From Antedon mediterranea (Eukaryota > Animalia > Echinodermata): a stretch of 64,000 bases of DNA. The translations under genes were made by a program, and so were the position numbers. Below the pieces are notes generated by a model. The model saw only the letters and a program-made list of their open reading frames with translations. It was not told where the DNA came from and did not search any database. Below are positions 14,346-29,654 of this stretch, in pieces (position 1 is the stretch's first letter; the number at the start of each line of letters is the position of its first letter). Where the stretch lies: NCBI RefSeq assembly GCF_964355755.1, contig NC_092677.1, positions 8,454,101 to 8,518,100 on the forward strand, given 5' to 3'.

Positions 14346-15191
14346 ATATTCACTTATCGGTAAACATGATAAGGCATAACAAACGTAAAGAAAGGTATAG
14401 GATAAGCTATACGTGGGCTTTATTTTGGACAAAAATATGTTTACCACTCATGCATAACGTCTTATTGAAATGTCGTGGCGGCCTATTCTAATTGTAGGTG
14501 TAGGATATGAGAATGAAACTAAAATCTTTTAAGACACTACAAAACTGCATTGTATTTTTTATAACATTGTGAATGTTATTTATTCATAACTTGAATCCAA
14601 GTTGCTTCTCCTTATGGTGTTGTTTTATAGAAAAAGAAAATCCCTAATACGTTGTAAAAATATGGTCCTTGGTCAAGTTGTCCTTTAAGTTTATATGATC
14701 ATATGATCATATGATTTAGCCGAGTCTATGCTAGGGCCGAGTTGTTATATCTTGTAAGTTACTATTGGACAGTTTAGAAACCGTTTCGAATACAGTATAA
14801 ATTTAACGCAAGGCTTAATTACAATTTAAAAGGTCATTATTAAAAATAATAAACATAATAGGGCCAATCCCTGGGGGTACCTCTGTTTGGAGATAGCCAT
14901 TCAGAAAGCTGTCACCAATTTTAACACGGCATTAACCCAGCGGGTAAGGTGACTATCAACCCCCAGCGTAATGAGTTTGCTTATGAGAATTTTGTGATCA
15001 ATCAGATCGTAGGCCTTTTTCTAAAAATACATTAATAGTATGTCGCATACAAATATGTTTTATAGACAATGGAAGTATGAAACTGTAAACTAAGTCATAT
15101 TGAGTCATCGTTAGGATATAGGCCTAATATCCGGATTTTTTTTCAAAACAATAGATCCTCTTTTTGAAACAGGTAACAGTGGGAAATTCCA

Positions 15192-17390
15192 AAATAACCA
15201 CGTACATAGAGTAAACTAATTAATTATAAATTCACACAGTGTAAAATAACCAAACGGTGTGAAATAACCACACAGTATGAAATAACCACATAGTATCAAA
15301 TAACCACACAGTGTTAAATAACCACACGATGTGAAATAACCACACAATGTGAAATAACCACACGGTGTGAAATAACCACACAGTATGAAATAACCACATA
15401 GTATCAAATAACCACACAGTGTTAAATAACCAAACGGTGTGAAATAACCAAACGGTGTGAAACAACCACACAGCGTGAAATAACCACACGATGTGAAATA
15501 ACCAAACGGTGTGAAATAACCACACAGTATGAAATAACCACACAGTGTGAAATAACAACACAGTGTGAAATAACCACACAGTATGAAATAACCACATAGT
15601 ATCAAATAACCACACAGTGTTAAATAACCAAACGGTGTGAAATAACCAAACGGTGTGAAACAACCACACAGTGTGAAATAACCACACGATGTGAAATAAC
15701 CAAACGGTGTGAAATAACCACACAGTATGAAATAACCACATAGTATCAAGTAACCACACAGTGTTAAATAACCACACAGTATGAAATAACCACATAGTAT
15801 CAAGTAACCACACAGTGTTAAATAACCACACGATGTGAAATAACCAAACGGTGTGAAACAACCACACAGTGTGAAATAACCACACGATGTGAAATAACCA
15901 AACGGTGTGAAATAACCACACAGTATGAAATAACCACATAGTATCAAGTAACCACACAGTATGAAATAACCACACAGTATGAAATAACCACATAGTATCA
16001 AATAACCACACAGTGTTAAATAACCAAACGGTGTGAAATAACCAAACGGTGTGAAACAACCACACAGTGTGAAATAACCACACGATGTGAAATAACCAAA
16101 CGGTGTGAAATAACCACACAGTATGAAATAACCACATAGTATCAAGTAACCACACAGTGTTAAATAACCACACGATGTGAAATAACCACACAGTGTGAAA
16201 TAACCACACAGTATGAAATAACCACATAGTATCAAATAACCACGCAGTGTTAAATAACCAAACGGTGTGAAATAACCAAACGGTGTGAAACAACCACACA
16301 GTATGAAATAACCACATAGTATCAAGTAACCACACAGTGTTAAATAACCACACAGTATGAAATAACCACATAGTATCAAGTAACCACACAGTGTTAAATA
16401 ACCACACGATGTGAAATAACCAAACGGTGTGAAACAACCACACAGTGTGAAATAACCACACGATGTGAAATAACCAAACGGTGTGAAATAACCACACAGT
16501 ATGAAATAACCACATAGTATCAAGTAACCACACAGTATGAAATAACCACACAGTATGAAATAACCACATAGTATCAAATAACCACACAGTGTTAAATAAC
16601 CAAACGGTGTGAAATAACCAAACGGTGTGAAACAACCACACAGTGTGAAATAACCACACGATGTGAAATAACCAAACGGTGTGAAATAACCACACAGTAT
16701 GAAATAACCACATAGTATCAAGTAACCACACAGTGTTAAATAACCACACGATGTGAAATAACCACACAGTGTGAAATAACCACACAGTATGAAATAACCA
16801 CATAGTATCAAATAACCACACAGTGTTAAATAACCAAACGGTGTGAAATAACCAAACGGTGTGAAACAACCACACAGTGTGAATTAACCACACGATGTGA
16901 AATAACCAAACGGTGTGAAATAACCACACAGTATGAAATAACCACATAGTATCAAGTAACCACACAGTGTTAAATAACCACACGATGTGAAATAACCAAA
17001 CGGTGTGAAATAACCACACAGTATGAAATAACCACATAGTATCAAGTAACCACACAGTGTTAAATAACCAAACGATGTGAAATAACCACACAGTGTGAAA
17101 TAACCACATACTGTGTGAAATAACCACATAGTTATCAAATAAGCACACGGTGTCATAACCATACGGTGTGATTTAATAACCACATATAGTGTGAATTAAC
17201 CACACGGTGTGAAATAACCACACAGTGTGTGAAATAACCACACCGTGTGTGAAATAACCACACGATGTGAAATTACCACACAGTGTGAAATAACCACACA
17301 ATGTGAAATAACCACATAGTATCAAATAACCACACGGTCTGAAATAACCATACGGTGTGAGATAACCACATAGTGTAAAATAAACATACG
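15192..17390. repeat. 18-bp minisatellite (AATAACCACACAGTGTGA variants), ~120 units, with a 576-bp higher-order duplication
   Basis: Clear 18-nt period; 15721-16296 is nearly identical to 16297-16872. Confidence 0.97.
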
Positions 17391-17583
17391 ATTGCAAACA
17401 ATGAATACATATCGTTTTTATGGTTTATTAAAATATCTAAAAATTATTAATTTGAAATTATTATTTATATTGATATTAAGAAAAATGTTTAACATTTGTT
17501 TTGTACTATTCGATTGTATCACCTTTAATTTATGCTCGAGTTTATTGATATTACGCTATTAAATATCTAAAAAAACAACTTAA

Positions 17584-18136
17584 AGAGGTATTGTCCCTTT
17601 GACTAATCCCCCCCCCCCCCCACCAAATTTTTTTATTTCGAAAACAAGTGGGTCATTTTGAAGTATCATAATAGTTTTTAACTTTCACCAAAAATTTGTC
17701 GAAAAAATAAATAATTTAACTGAAATACAGATGTTTTTTTGTTCAAAAAATAACTTTGACTTCCAGTCAAAGTTTTAAATCAAAACATATCTCATAATGC
17801 AACGCGCTTGTTTGGCTACTCTGTATGCATAATCATAAAACTTCCTCGCGATCTGTGTGAAAACACCTTCTCAAGCGTGATGAGTTGTAAACAATCCTAA
17901 TTAGCATCATGCATGATGCATACTCATGGTTTGAAATCTTTGTTTACTTTCGCTTGCAACGATTTCCCAGACGAAATGTAATCTAATTCATTTACCTGTT
18001 AATTACGTAAACTTGTTGTTTTTGGCTCGAATTTTCGACTTAAGGTGAATAACTTTAATATTACTTTGATATGGCTAGTTTAAATTTAGAATATTTTTTT
18101 TTTTTGATTTTTTGTGTTTCAAGAGACAATAGATCT
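17584..18136. mobile_element. Non-autonomous DNA transposon, Kolobok-like
   Basis: TTAA on both sides. Imperfect TIRs AGAGGTATTGTCCCTT and (rc) AGATCTATTGTCTCTT. Confidence 0.55.
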
Positions 18137-19820
18137 TTAAGTATTCAAGTTTATTTATACTTTATTGAAATAATACACAAAAACACTGCATAGCCATCGC
18201 GTGGACCGGTGGTTAACTATAGCTGAACTCTTGTGTTTAGGTAGCCGGCATTATCTTTTAATAATATACACAATTGACGTGGCATATTGTATATACATAT
18301 TTAAAGTTATGTCCTTGAGTGATCAAGGGTTGTTGTTATTGTGTAAAAGGTTATATCAATGTTATCCTTTGTTGTATTTAGTGAAAAGAACAATATGTAC
18401 CAATGTATGTGTGTTTGTACATTAGCCGGAATGTGTTGAAGTGTTTAAATAGACCGCTATCGTTTGTTTTAACGATTCGGGGGACGATCCCAGGAATTGA
18501 ATTTGGTAATTCTTGATAAAAATAAATTAAAAATTTAAAGTAAACTACCAACCATTAGCAATATTCAGTATTTAGAATTTGTGATACATAAAAATATAAT
18601 ATAATTTGTTTACTTACCATGTATTTAAGTCTTCAGGTTTATTTATACTTTATTGAAATAATACAAGAAAACACTGCATAGCCATCCTGGTGTTAGGTAG
18701 GCGGATTTATCTTTAATATGTTTTTGGGAAATTTCAACTTTCAAAATTAACGTGGCATATTGTATATAAATATTGACATATGTTAGTAACGACACTAAAA
18801 CTAAAATGAGCATCTAACATCATACAAATGTTTAAAATGAAACCATATCGATCAGTTTATCCCCCATCTCAAACTCCCCACACATCTAACTATCGATTTC
18901 TATTTCAGCTGCTGCAGTAGTATATTGTAAACAAAAAAATTCATTTTATTGTGTGTAAATATAGATTCAAATTAATTCAAGTCATTAAAAAATTACATAT
19001 TTTTTTCACTCGACATAATTTAATAGCAATTTGTCAATCAATTGGCCACATTATAAGAAAAACACATTAAACATTTATTTTATGGAGATAAATTGACGGA
19101 AAGAGAACCAGAAGAAGAATCCAATGCAAATTATAACATACAGGTACATAATGTACCATAACAGTGTATCTACTGAGTTTGACCTCAGAGATAGTCCCAA
19201 CTAACATTTCTTACAATTCTTTTACCTTTCTATTCATTTTTTTTTCTATATATGTCTAGGGTCTCTCTTAAATATATCTGTGTGTTTCTTTTAACAGTTG
19301 TTTTATTTTAGAAAACACACCTAGATTTCTTAAAATTTGAATATTAACATCCCGTTTAACCAATTACTTACTTCAAATATATATTTTTTTATTATAATTA
19401 TTTATTTTATTTATTTCAAAAAACCTCCGGAGAGAAAACCATAATGTACACAGTATATATTATAATTTTAAAAACTTGTTAAACCATTGCAGGCTACCTA
19501 CATTTATAATTCTACTACTAAATAGCATTTAATACTACTAAATTAATACAGGTATAAAGACGATGTCAGTTAAATAATTTAAATACCATCTATTCTTCAT
19601 ACCATTTTTTGGAATGAATTAGGAAATAATAATAATACATTCTTGTCTTGGTCAGTAGGAAAAATTTAAATACAGAGTAATAATAAGAATATATATATTA
19701 AAGGTAAAGGAATATATATATATATATATATTAAAGGTATTGCAAAAGATACAATAATCTAATAATAATAACAATGGTGAGGTCAGTCAGTGTCTATGAA
19801 GTGATCATACGTAGTCATTT
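18137..19820. repeat. 3' flank of B, homologous to the 3' flank of A (~750-3150)
   Basis: Long shared blocks, e.g. aaccatatcgatcagtttatcccccatctcaaact and the (AT)n-containing 3' UTR. Confidence 0.85.
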
Positions 19821-19938
19821 ATTTTCCTTTAGCTCCTCTTCCTCCTCCTCTTCCTCTTCCTCTTCCTCCTCCTCTTCTTCCTCCTCCTCCTCCACTTCCT
19901 CCTCCACCTCCTCCTCTACCTCTTCCTCCTCCACTTCC

Positions 19939-19971
<33 letters not shown>

Positions 19972-20625
19972 ACCTGCTCCTCCACCTCCTCCACCTGCTC
20001 CTCCACCTCCTCCACGTTTTGTGCCACGTCTTCTGTTACGCTGCTGCGGCTGTTGTTTCTGTTCAATTTTACTAGTTGTTTTTTCAACTTGTTGTATAGG
20101 ATTACGTTTCATACCTTTTCCAACAGAGTTGGCATCATCGTGAATGACTGGGTTATTTTTCTCGTCTTTTTTATTCACGATTCTTGGGTCAGCTGGGAGT
20201 GACGTGGCATTATTTTCTTTAACATTCTGCTGTTTCATTTGATAACTGCCTTTTTTGTTAGACGTAGACCTACCGACATCGTTGATTTGAACATTAACAG
20301 GAGAGTTTGTCGACGTTGAACTACTCTTTACATTCTCTATTTCTTTTGATTTGGACTTCCGCTGCCTCTGTCTTTGACGTTTATTTCCTGCAGGTTCACT
20401 TTGCAGTTGGTGATCATTTTTGTGTTCCGTATGTTCGTTACTACTGATTTTTCCAGATTGTTTTATTCTCAGCTTTTCATTCTTATTTGAAAGTACGTTC
20501 TGATTTTCTGCTTGTACAACTTTCATTTCCGAAGTCGAGCATTTCTCAGCATCATCGGCATTGTTACCATTGAGCAGGTGACCGAAAGAGCATGTTGACC
20601 AGCTTTCTTGACAGAAGCTTAAGCA
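19819..20625 (-). pseudogene. In-frame, still-open C-terminal tail of B beyond the nonsense codon (degenerate RZ, basic region, RGG)
   Basis: 807 nt in frame with B, closely similar to A 3148-3987, ends GAKGK*. Confidence 0.8.
19830..20015 (-). repeat. (GGA)n-type microsatellite encoding the RGG/Gly tail of B
   Basis: Same tract type as in A, with a different length. Confidence 0.9.
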
Positions 20626-23600
20626 TCATGAAACAGTTTCTTTGACAAGTACTACTACTTCAGGTAATTGGTCGTCCTTTCCAAGTATATCCAATGCTTC
20701 TTGCATAACTTCAGACGTCACGCGTGATTTGCTGTGAAGAAGTATCGATAATAAAGATTCAGTCTTGTTTATGTCTGAAACTGTTTTACATCGAAACTTC
20801 ATTAATCGAGCACACGTGTTTATCCGTTGAATTTCTGAAGACACGTAAAATACAAATTGTTCAGAAGCAATGTTTTCTGAATTCCAAATGCGTTGCTGAA
20901 TGGTTTCTAGTTGTTGCAAGATGTCCGTTATGTAACTCGTACCGCTCTGTTGGTTTAAGTCATCACGAATCGTGATTACTTGTTTTAGCATCGTGGTCAT
21001 GATATCAAATAGAAGTAGCCTTTCATATTTAATTCCATACCGGTATTTCATTTCTTTTAAAACATTGCCTTTTTCAATTTCGCTAAAACACGGTAAGCGA
21101 AAGTTTATCTTCCGTCTTATATTTTGTATTCGATCAAACGATCGTTCAATCGTTAACCTTTGCTTTATTTCAACTATTCTTTTGTTTATTGTTTTTAGGA
21201 CATTTCCGTATCTCGGATTGAATCGAATGATTGTATGACACACTGGACATTGTTTCAATCTTATACCTTCATCCTTATCCATATATTCATCCATTGTAGA
21301 AACCTCAATTGCATGAGAACAATCATGCAACAATACATATCTTGGTCTCTTCTCTTTACCTGGAAGATATTTTGATGGATGAAAAGAAGCTGGATCACAA
21401 GTTAAGCATTTCTTTTTACAGGGCTCGCCACAAAGACCAAAGCATTTATGTTTGCATTTAAGGGTCTTTAGGCAGGGTTGGTTGCACCTTTTACGATTAC
21501 AAAATTCATCACAGAATTGCGTACACTTAAAGTGAATGCATTCCCATTTACATCGTGCTCCACATGGTTCGCAAATATCGGAACAGGAACGTTGGCAACG
21601 TTTGTGCCAACAACCTGACTGACACATGTTTTTACAAGGCTGACAAGGAATCATTGAGCAGGATTGTTGACAATTGTGACCACAGATAAGTTTTTTATTA
21701 CAACATTCCGTGCATGCCTCGTGTATCTGTTCATGCGTACAATCCTTACATTTTCCATGACATCGATGTTCACAAACTAACGTGGTTTTGCATTGTTCCT
21801 GACAACTGTCTATTGAACATTCTTCAGAACATTTCTTTCTGCATACATGGCCACATGGTAATTTTTTTGAACATCGCTTTATACAGTTTTGAGGTAAATC
21901 ACGTTTGTAACAAAGTTGTGTATTTTCATGTCCACACGACAATGTGACTGACTGTTTAAATAGACATACTACTTCGCCGGTAGTTGCAATTTCTGACACA
22001 TCTATAAAACATTGAACTTTCTTCATATGTCCACACATTAGTTTTTTGTCTACTTTCTCTGTACAGCGGTCTGTACATGGTTTACAACAAAGTTCTTTAC
22101 ATTTGTGTCCACATGACAGGAGTTTTGAACACTTTTTGGTGCAACCTTTTGTTTCTGAACAAATCCGTTTAATTGTGTGTCCACATGCTAGTGTTTCCAG
22201 AATATTTTCAAGACATGCAATCGTGTCTAGGTATTTCGATTCATAGCATTTTATCATTTGTTCATGTCCACATTTGCGAGTTTTAGTAACTTTCACTTTG
22301 CATGTGTTACCAAGTTCTTTAGGATCTACATAACAAGCTACTTCTTTTTCATGGGTACATTGTAGCATCTTTTTAACTAATTCAGTGCAGTTATAACTGG
22401 AGCACGTTTCATAACATTTCCGTTGGCACTGATGCTCACAGGTTAATGTTTTTTGACATGGCATTTTACAACTAAAGTGTTCATCGTGGTGATTATTGCT
22501 TCCATATATGTGATATTTTTTGCATAAATCACCACACTTATTTGCACATGAATGAACACATTCTGTTGGTCGTGAGCATGGCAATGGACAGGTTGGTGTA
22601 AAACAAGAAACGCTAACAGTATGTCCACATTCGAATTTCTTTTCTATAACCTCAATGCATTTTTTTATACAAACATCTCCACATAAATTTGTACACGTAT
22701 GACCACACGCCAGCGTCTTTTCACACGGTAGCTGACATGATGTTATGTAGCATTTAACTTCAATATTGTGGGCACATGGAATAAACGATTTCGTAACAAT
22801 TGTTAAACATCTTGATGTGCATCTTTCAAAGCATAAATTTTGGCATTCATGCCCACACGTCAACAACCTTTCACATGAGTTAGTACAATTTACGGGCTTT
22901 TCAAATTGACTACACTGTATCTTAACCTCATGTCGACATTCTAATGATTTAGTAACCATAACTTCACATGGCAAGCACGGTAGATAACACTTCCGCCGAT
23001 AACACGTCCGATGACCCCGTGTGCATATTCTGACACATATCTCATTGCATTGATATTTCTTATGATTTGGATCACGAGGATGACACAACATTGGACACAC
23101 ATGCCCACAATCTAGGCGAGTTTCACACAGGAGCTTACATCCTCCCATCGGACATTGATTAAATTCTTCGGCCGTAGATACTTTGACTTTTGTTGTTGGA
23201 TGGTTTTGGCAGTACAACTCAATGTGTCTTCCAATACAGTTTGATGATTGCATGTCATTGACTATTTTCATCCAGAGATCATTCTTTTCAGCTAGAAGTT
23301 TGAAGTTTCCAATACAGAACATACCCTTTTTGGCTCGTGATAAGGCTACACACATTCTGTTTGAAACTTTTAAAAACCCTATATTTCCAGCATCGTTACT
23401 TCTTACTAAAGACAGCAAAATTATTTCATTCTCCTCACCTTGATAGTTATCTACGGCACTTACGTACACACCATGCAGGCAAATATACTCCTTGTTTTTA
23501 AGCAGTCGTTTTAAATTAAGAACCTGACCTGTATACGTCGTCAAAATGGTGATACTAGAGGCATCATACCCCTGTTGGTAAAGATACTTAGCAAATGCTA

Positions 23601-26600
23601 AACAATATTCAGCTTCGTGAGCATTCGACTTACTTAATATATCTTCCACAGTCTCCTCTTGAATATCGTGGTTAATGAAGAACAGATTACGAGATACACC
23701 TTTAACGTTATCGAACTCTTTTACTGATTCGTCATCAAGGAGATGGCTGTAGAAGTGTTTTCTCATGATTTCTGATATCTGTGGTCGCATTCGGTGTTGT
23801 GATGACAACTTTTGACAAGGAACACCATTAGTAAGCATTCTTTCAAAAAGAGATGTATCAAGGTTGAATTTGGTTGCAAGTTTGTATACTGTAGGATTAG
23901 GCTTCAATTGCTGGTGGTCTCCAATTAGAATTAAATGCTCGCATTGTTTGGTTAGGCTAGTTACAATGTGTGCCTCTAATATTTCCGCAGCCTCTTCAAC
24001 AACAACTATTCTTGGTCGTATTCCATTTAGTAACTCTTTATTCATAGCAGCACCAGTAGTTGTCATGCCAACCACCGCTGTTCCTCTAAGTACTTTACAT
24101 TTAGATTCATAATCATCTTGTTTAATCATATTTACAACTTGATCATATGCTTGTTGTTGATCAAACAACACTTGTCGTAACTTGTTTTTGTATTTTGTTA
24201 TCCAGTATCGGTACAAGCGCCATTTATCGTGTGCGGATAACATTCTAATGTTCACCCTGTTTGCTTCTTGTTCCGTCATTACATCGTCAGTAGCAGATAA
24301 TTGTTTTCGAACTGTCGCTTGGTGCCTTTTCAAAGGTGCATCTTTACATTTTAATTGTGGGTCATATGCGAGCTTAGAAGCAAGTGCAGTAATAATCGCT
24401 TTCTTTTTTGATTCGTAGTCTTGTCTTGATCTAACGTCATCATATTCCCGTTGATCTAAAATCATGTCAAATTCAGTTTTGATATTAGCATTACTGTCTT
24501 GTTCTACTTCGTCGTCTTCTGTATAATCCTCCTCATCATACTTGCTAACGACGTCCTTGACTCCTTCATCATTGTCGTAAACAGAAAGAAGACCTAGCCA
24601 TGTAGGCAAAGCTGAACGTCTTCCATCTACTCCATATTCTGCTCTGGAGTCTCTCAAACATTTCTGATGGCGAGAATTGATGATATTTTCCAAAGAAAAT
24701 TCACTGATAATGTATTTGTCGCAGAGTTGAATTAGTTCTTCAGCCTCTACCATCCGAGTTGTTATTGAATCTGCAAGTTTATTAATGCTGTGATCCTCGT
24801 TTTTCCTCGTCTTTTTTTCCTTCTTCGCTAACTTTTTCAAATTGAATGGTTCAAGTTTTTCGCTTTTTGACCTTCCGCCAATTCTAACCAAGTTATCACA
24901 AAAACTGAGTATGCCTTCCAGAAATTGGTCTAGGGCATGGTTTGTATAACATATTACCATGATGATGCTATTAGCAGTGTCTTCGTCAGCCTGCTCATGA
25001 ACCTTTGTGGTCCAACGATCACTATTAATGAGGAGAGTTTCAACGACCTTTAATCCAATGTAAGTTTTTCCAGTTCCTGGTGGCCCCTGAATGACTGCAA
25101 GTTCCTTGGTTAAGGCTGATTTTACAGCGCTAATCTGTGATTCATCAAGAGCTAGATGGTCCATTTCTGGCCAAGCATTTTCATCAAGAATGTCTATCAT
25201 GTAGCTAGGATTATTATTCTGGGAGTACTCAAGTAAATTACCTACAGACATGCGTATACATTTACCCTTTACCTTAATAGCTTTAAAAAGTGGCCCTATG
25301 TCGTACATCATTCTGGGTGTATTACAAAGATATTTTGGTATTTTTATATTGTGTGAAGCCTGTATAATATACTTTTCCATAGGTAGATTATTGTCGTCAT
25401 TGAACTGCTGGAGAACTTGCAATACAGGCCTATAACTCTCAAAAAATGCTGTGGATTCTACCATGGTATATAGACGTGAAATCTCCATATTTTCACTGTT
25501 ATGGAATTTAATGTCAACACGACCATGTCGCAATAACGACTCTTCTCTATCACTAATGGTGCCAAAAAGAAGAGTTTGAAAATTGTCATGAGATAAGCAG
25601 ACAAGGGACCCATAGATCAACCGTTTCGTGTTTTGCCATCTTACGTTTTTTAGATTACAGAGACTGAAGTGTACGCGATAGAGAACTCCTTCCTTCTTGT
25701 GGGAAAACACTGGATGTTCAACTTTTACATCGTAATACAAGCGAACATCTGTATTCCTTTTTCTTTGATTTCGTGGAAGTGGATTTGTAACATTGTCCAA
25801 ATGTGTTTGAATTCCTTCACGCAATGGACATATAAAGTCCTCACGTAACAATCTGAATTGTACATCAAGGTAATGATATTGGTTTGCGTAGCTTCCTTTG
25901 ATTTTATTTGGACGAAGGAATGGTAGCTCTTTGGCATGAAGATCTTCAGCCGTTGGCAATATTGGAATATCTCTATAGTCATCAGGTGGTGGCCCATCAA
26001 AAATCCCTTCTCTTATTGCAGATTCAAGTTGTCTCTTCTTTTTATCCGCTTCTTTTAATTCTGATATGCATTTGTATGCTTCTTTTTTAAAACGCGCTGC
26101 ATTAATTAAAGCATCTTGGGACATCTTCCGTTTTTCAAACAATTCTTTACTTTTGACGTCAAGGAGAGTAGTAATCAGGGAAAAATCATTTATTTCTTTA
26201 ATCCCAGGACTTATTCCCAGCAAAAACGTCCATACGAGATTAAGATGTCTTTCGGTGTTCTTTTGTATATCATTTTCTTTGTTAGCATCTATCGTATATC
26301 TATCTCCTAAATGAGTTACATATGGAATAAGTACTTTCTTAAGAAATGGACTCGATCGTAACATATCTACCAGTGTTTTCTTGGTGTTGGATAATTCACA
26401 CTTAAATATTCTTTCGTACATTTGGAGTAGGATTTCAACAACATTATCACTCATTTTCTCATTCTTCAGCAGTTCGTTGAGGTTGTCAGACTTGTCTGAT
26501 AAAAACTTCACTGGATCAGATTTCTGGAATATACTCTTTAGATCTCTAACATTCACTGCAAAAGTACATATTATTAATGTTACAAACGTGTACGGTAGGA

Positions 26601-27701
26601 AAATGCTAGGTAGGCCTATATTTAAAATGGAAATGAATTCATTCATTATCGGCGTATCTAGAATAACGAAAACAGGTAGATAAAAACTAATAACATAGGA
26701 ATTAAGTAACAACGGTGTGGTTTGATCTCTACTGAATGTATGTGTGACCATTACTGCGTTTTGTCATCATTATCAGACAGTTGCCCTTTATTGTTGGGAA
26801 TAACAAACTAATAATCCATCCACATATTAGAAAAGGCCATATTAAAACAAAATAAACATAATTGATTCGAAACAAATAATTCTTTAATATTTTTTTTCAA
26901 GAAGCCAAATGAAAACTACACGTCTATTGTATTTAGTTGGATGAATAACTTCCGAGTAAATTTAGGATTTTGGGTATTTTTAAAGTCGTTGTTCCAAACC
27001 TAAACTGAAACAATACAAATGTAGGCCTACTTACATGGTAAGACTTGACGTCTCTGGTCTACTGTGTCATTACGAAGATATGTAGAATGAAATGCACCAC
27101 CACTTCTAAATAAAAGGTAAGATTACATTTCTAAAACATACTGTTGTCCTATAGAGTATGTTGTAATTAGTCATCCGTTCAAAAGTAGTCAATTGCTTAG
27201 TCTCATAATATCAATTCGTTACAACACATTAGTAATCAATTCGAACCATTGTTCAGAGAGTCGGAAGTAACCGTACTGTAAAATATAACTTTATTCAGGT
27301 ACTGAACGACAGATTTAATCAAAGAAGGTACCGTTATACTACCCTGCGCAATTTTATCTTTCGGCACAGACCTACCTCTGTAGATTTCCCCTTCCTCTGC
27401 CTCTACCTCTTCCTCTATTCTGAGTTTGATATGGTCTTCCATGAGCTCTATGTGCTTCTCTTGCGTTTACGTTTCGATCTTGTCTTCCAAAAGGATATTG
27501 ATAAAGCGGAAGTCTGTTCGTTTGCTGAGGAGCACGTCGTCTACCAAAATGAGGATCTGACCAACTATCAACATCTGCTGTCTCATCATATATTTTGTAA
27601 CGTCGAGGCTCACTTGTTTCTTGGTATTCAGCCCTTCTTACAATCTGATGATGGTGATGCCCGAGATGTCGCCTGGGATCTTTAGGCCTTGCACCTCTCA
27701 T
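20626..27701 (-). CDS. ZNFX1: ZNFX1-like paralogue B (~2108 aa to TGA). Exons 27701-27376, 27105-27035, 26555-20626
   Basis: Same motifs and exon phases as A. The ORF-track start at 26751 is intronic (acceptor ttttgcAG at 26556-26557). Ends at TGA 20626-20628 where A has CGA. Confidence 0.88.
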
Positions 27702-29654
27702 TACAATTTATCTAAATGAAGTAAGTACCACATTAGTTGCATCTGTTTGGTTGTTTTTATTGACCTTGTTGAATGAGAGTGACCTAAAACAGCATATGAC
27801 AATTATTGGTGTCCTCACATAAATTACATAATTATAAAAGTAAAAAAAAGTTATACAATTAATTTTCGGAGATTAGAGAAAAGTTATTGCCCTGAAAAAA
27901 TCCTAATAATTTTACAATTTGAGTTACACATATCAAATTGTAAATTATTGTGTAATAAATATTAAACTGATTAATCTTTAGACTAATATTTAAAATTCCA
28001 GAAAAATAATAATTTATTCTACAGATGTTGCGTCATTAAAATCTTCATAAGTTTAGGCATTATTAATAATGAATTAAAATAAACAATGATATAAATTGGT
28101 AGTGATGTTGCGTTATGAAGTAAAACACATTTTCTTAAAGTCTCGAAATTGTATTGCCTGGTCAAATTTGGTAATCAACTTTCAAATATTTCAACTGCAA
28201 CACAAAGCAATCAAATGGTAGCATGAGGTCGTCCGTAGTGCAAGTCACATGATATTCATCTCCACTTATTTTGAGGTATGTACAACAGTTACACATCAAT
28301 AGGCCTATACACTGCATATGACAATTGGTTTATACATAAGGTAGAAGGTGGCTGTTAAAAAGCCAAAATAGGTTTGATGTGCCTGTTGGTTTTCTGAAAG
28401 GCTTGGCGTCGTTTATGTGTTGAAGACAATGTACATGGATATTTACGATAAATTGGGCAGTGGGGCCTGATTTTACCATTTAAAATGGAAGAAATCACTT
28501 GACTATTTTCCAAACGTACGGAGGCACGTCAAGGAAATGTATTAAAATACAAATAATGAATATAAATGTAGAAAATAATATATTTTACGGTATATATAAT
28601 TTAAATAACTGTGTGTTGATAGTCACCTACTTTTGTAGACATAGTAGACCTACCGCATTTTTTTTACAGAGGCCTGTTTATTTCTTACCAATATAAGGTC
28701 GGGAAAGTATTACATGTACCTATTCCAAACCAATAATAATATGAAAATATTATGTAAGTATTGTGTATTACGAAGTTGTAATTAGTCAAATCAATCAAGG
28801 CAGTCAATTAAGGCCACAATGATATTCGAGCATTTTGATTTCGGAATAGATTTTTTTTTCCAAATTCCTTTTTATTAGGAATCATAATAATTTGTGTGGC
28901 ATGATGTTATATCTGTTACTCTTATTTTCCGCTAACTGAAGATGACAAGCTTTGCTTTTTACAATGTTGAATAGACTGGGTGAATTTGCTGCGCTCATTT
29001 GCTGCGCTCGTGTAATAATTTTATCAAGTTAATCAATTACTATAGCAAACACTTTTACACATTTCCATGCCCGACACAACCAAGTATTACCCGATTCCCC
29101 ACAATATTTTCCGAGTATCATAGGAATATTTGGTAATACAGCGTATCATATGTATCACATGCGGTGCCTGTATCATGTAAGTTTATGTTTAGGGTTAAGT
29201 TATGACATATGATACTAGGGGTACGTCATGTGAAACACATTTGATGTAATTCCAAATATCCTATAATAATGGAGAAATCTAGATCTAGTCATTCATGCAC
29301 ATTGGTGGACATCATACGGGGAATTTCCTCTTTTAACCTGTAGAAAGCAAACACACTACCTCAGCAATGCCATGGAATTAATAAGGTTAGGTTAGGTTGC
29401 ACAACATCAGATATGCTGTTTGTTTTGTCTATGTTCTGTTTTAGAAAAACATAACTCGTTCACCTCAAACAACTCACCTACTACACACGACATTTATTTT
29501 GTAATAATATTTCATAGATATGTACTTCCTTGTTTCGGCCATTCTGCTGAATATGTGTAACTATAGACCGTGTTTGGTTCATGATATTCATGTTTAGGTG
29601 GTCTATGTATATTATTGTAGGTCTATCTACAGGCCATATTAATAAGCAATGAAT

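Noticed and set aside
15216-17397. 531-aa and 638-aa ORFs, or a CRISPR-like array
   Set aside because: Stop-free frames of an 18-bp minisatellite. The variable parts recur rather than being unique spacers, there are no cas genes, and the context is eukaryotic.
19774-20202. Poly-Ser and poly-Glu ORFs (also 3130-3441)
   Set aside because: Antisense or alternative frames of the (GGA)n tract.
26556-26751. Hydrophobic, membrane-like N-terminus of the 2041-aa ORF
   Set aside because: Intron sequence upstream of the acceptor; absent from A.
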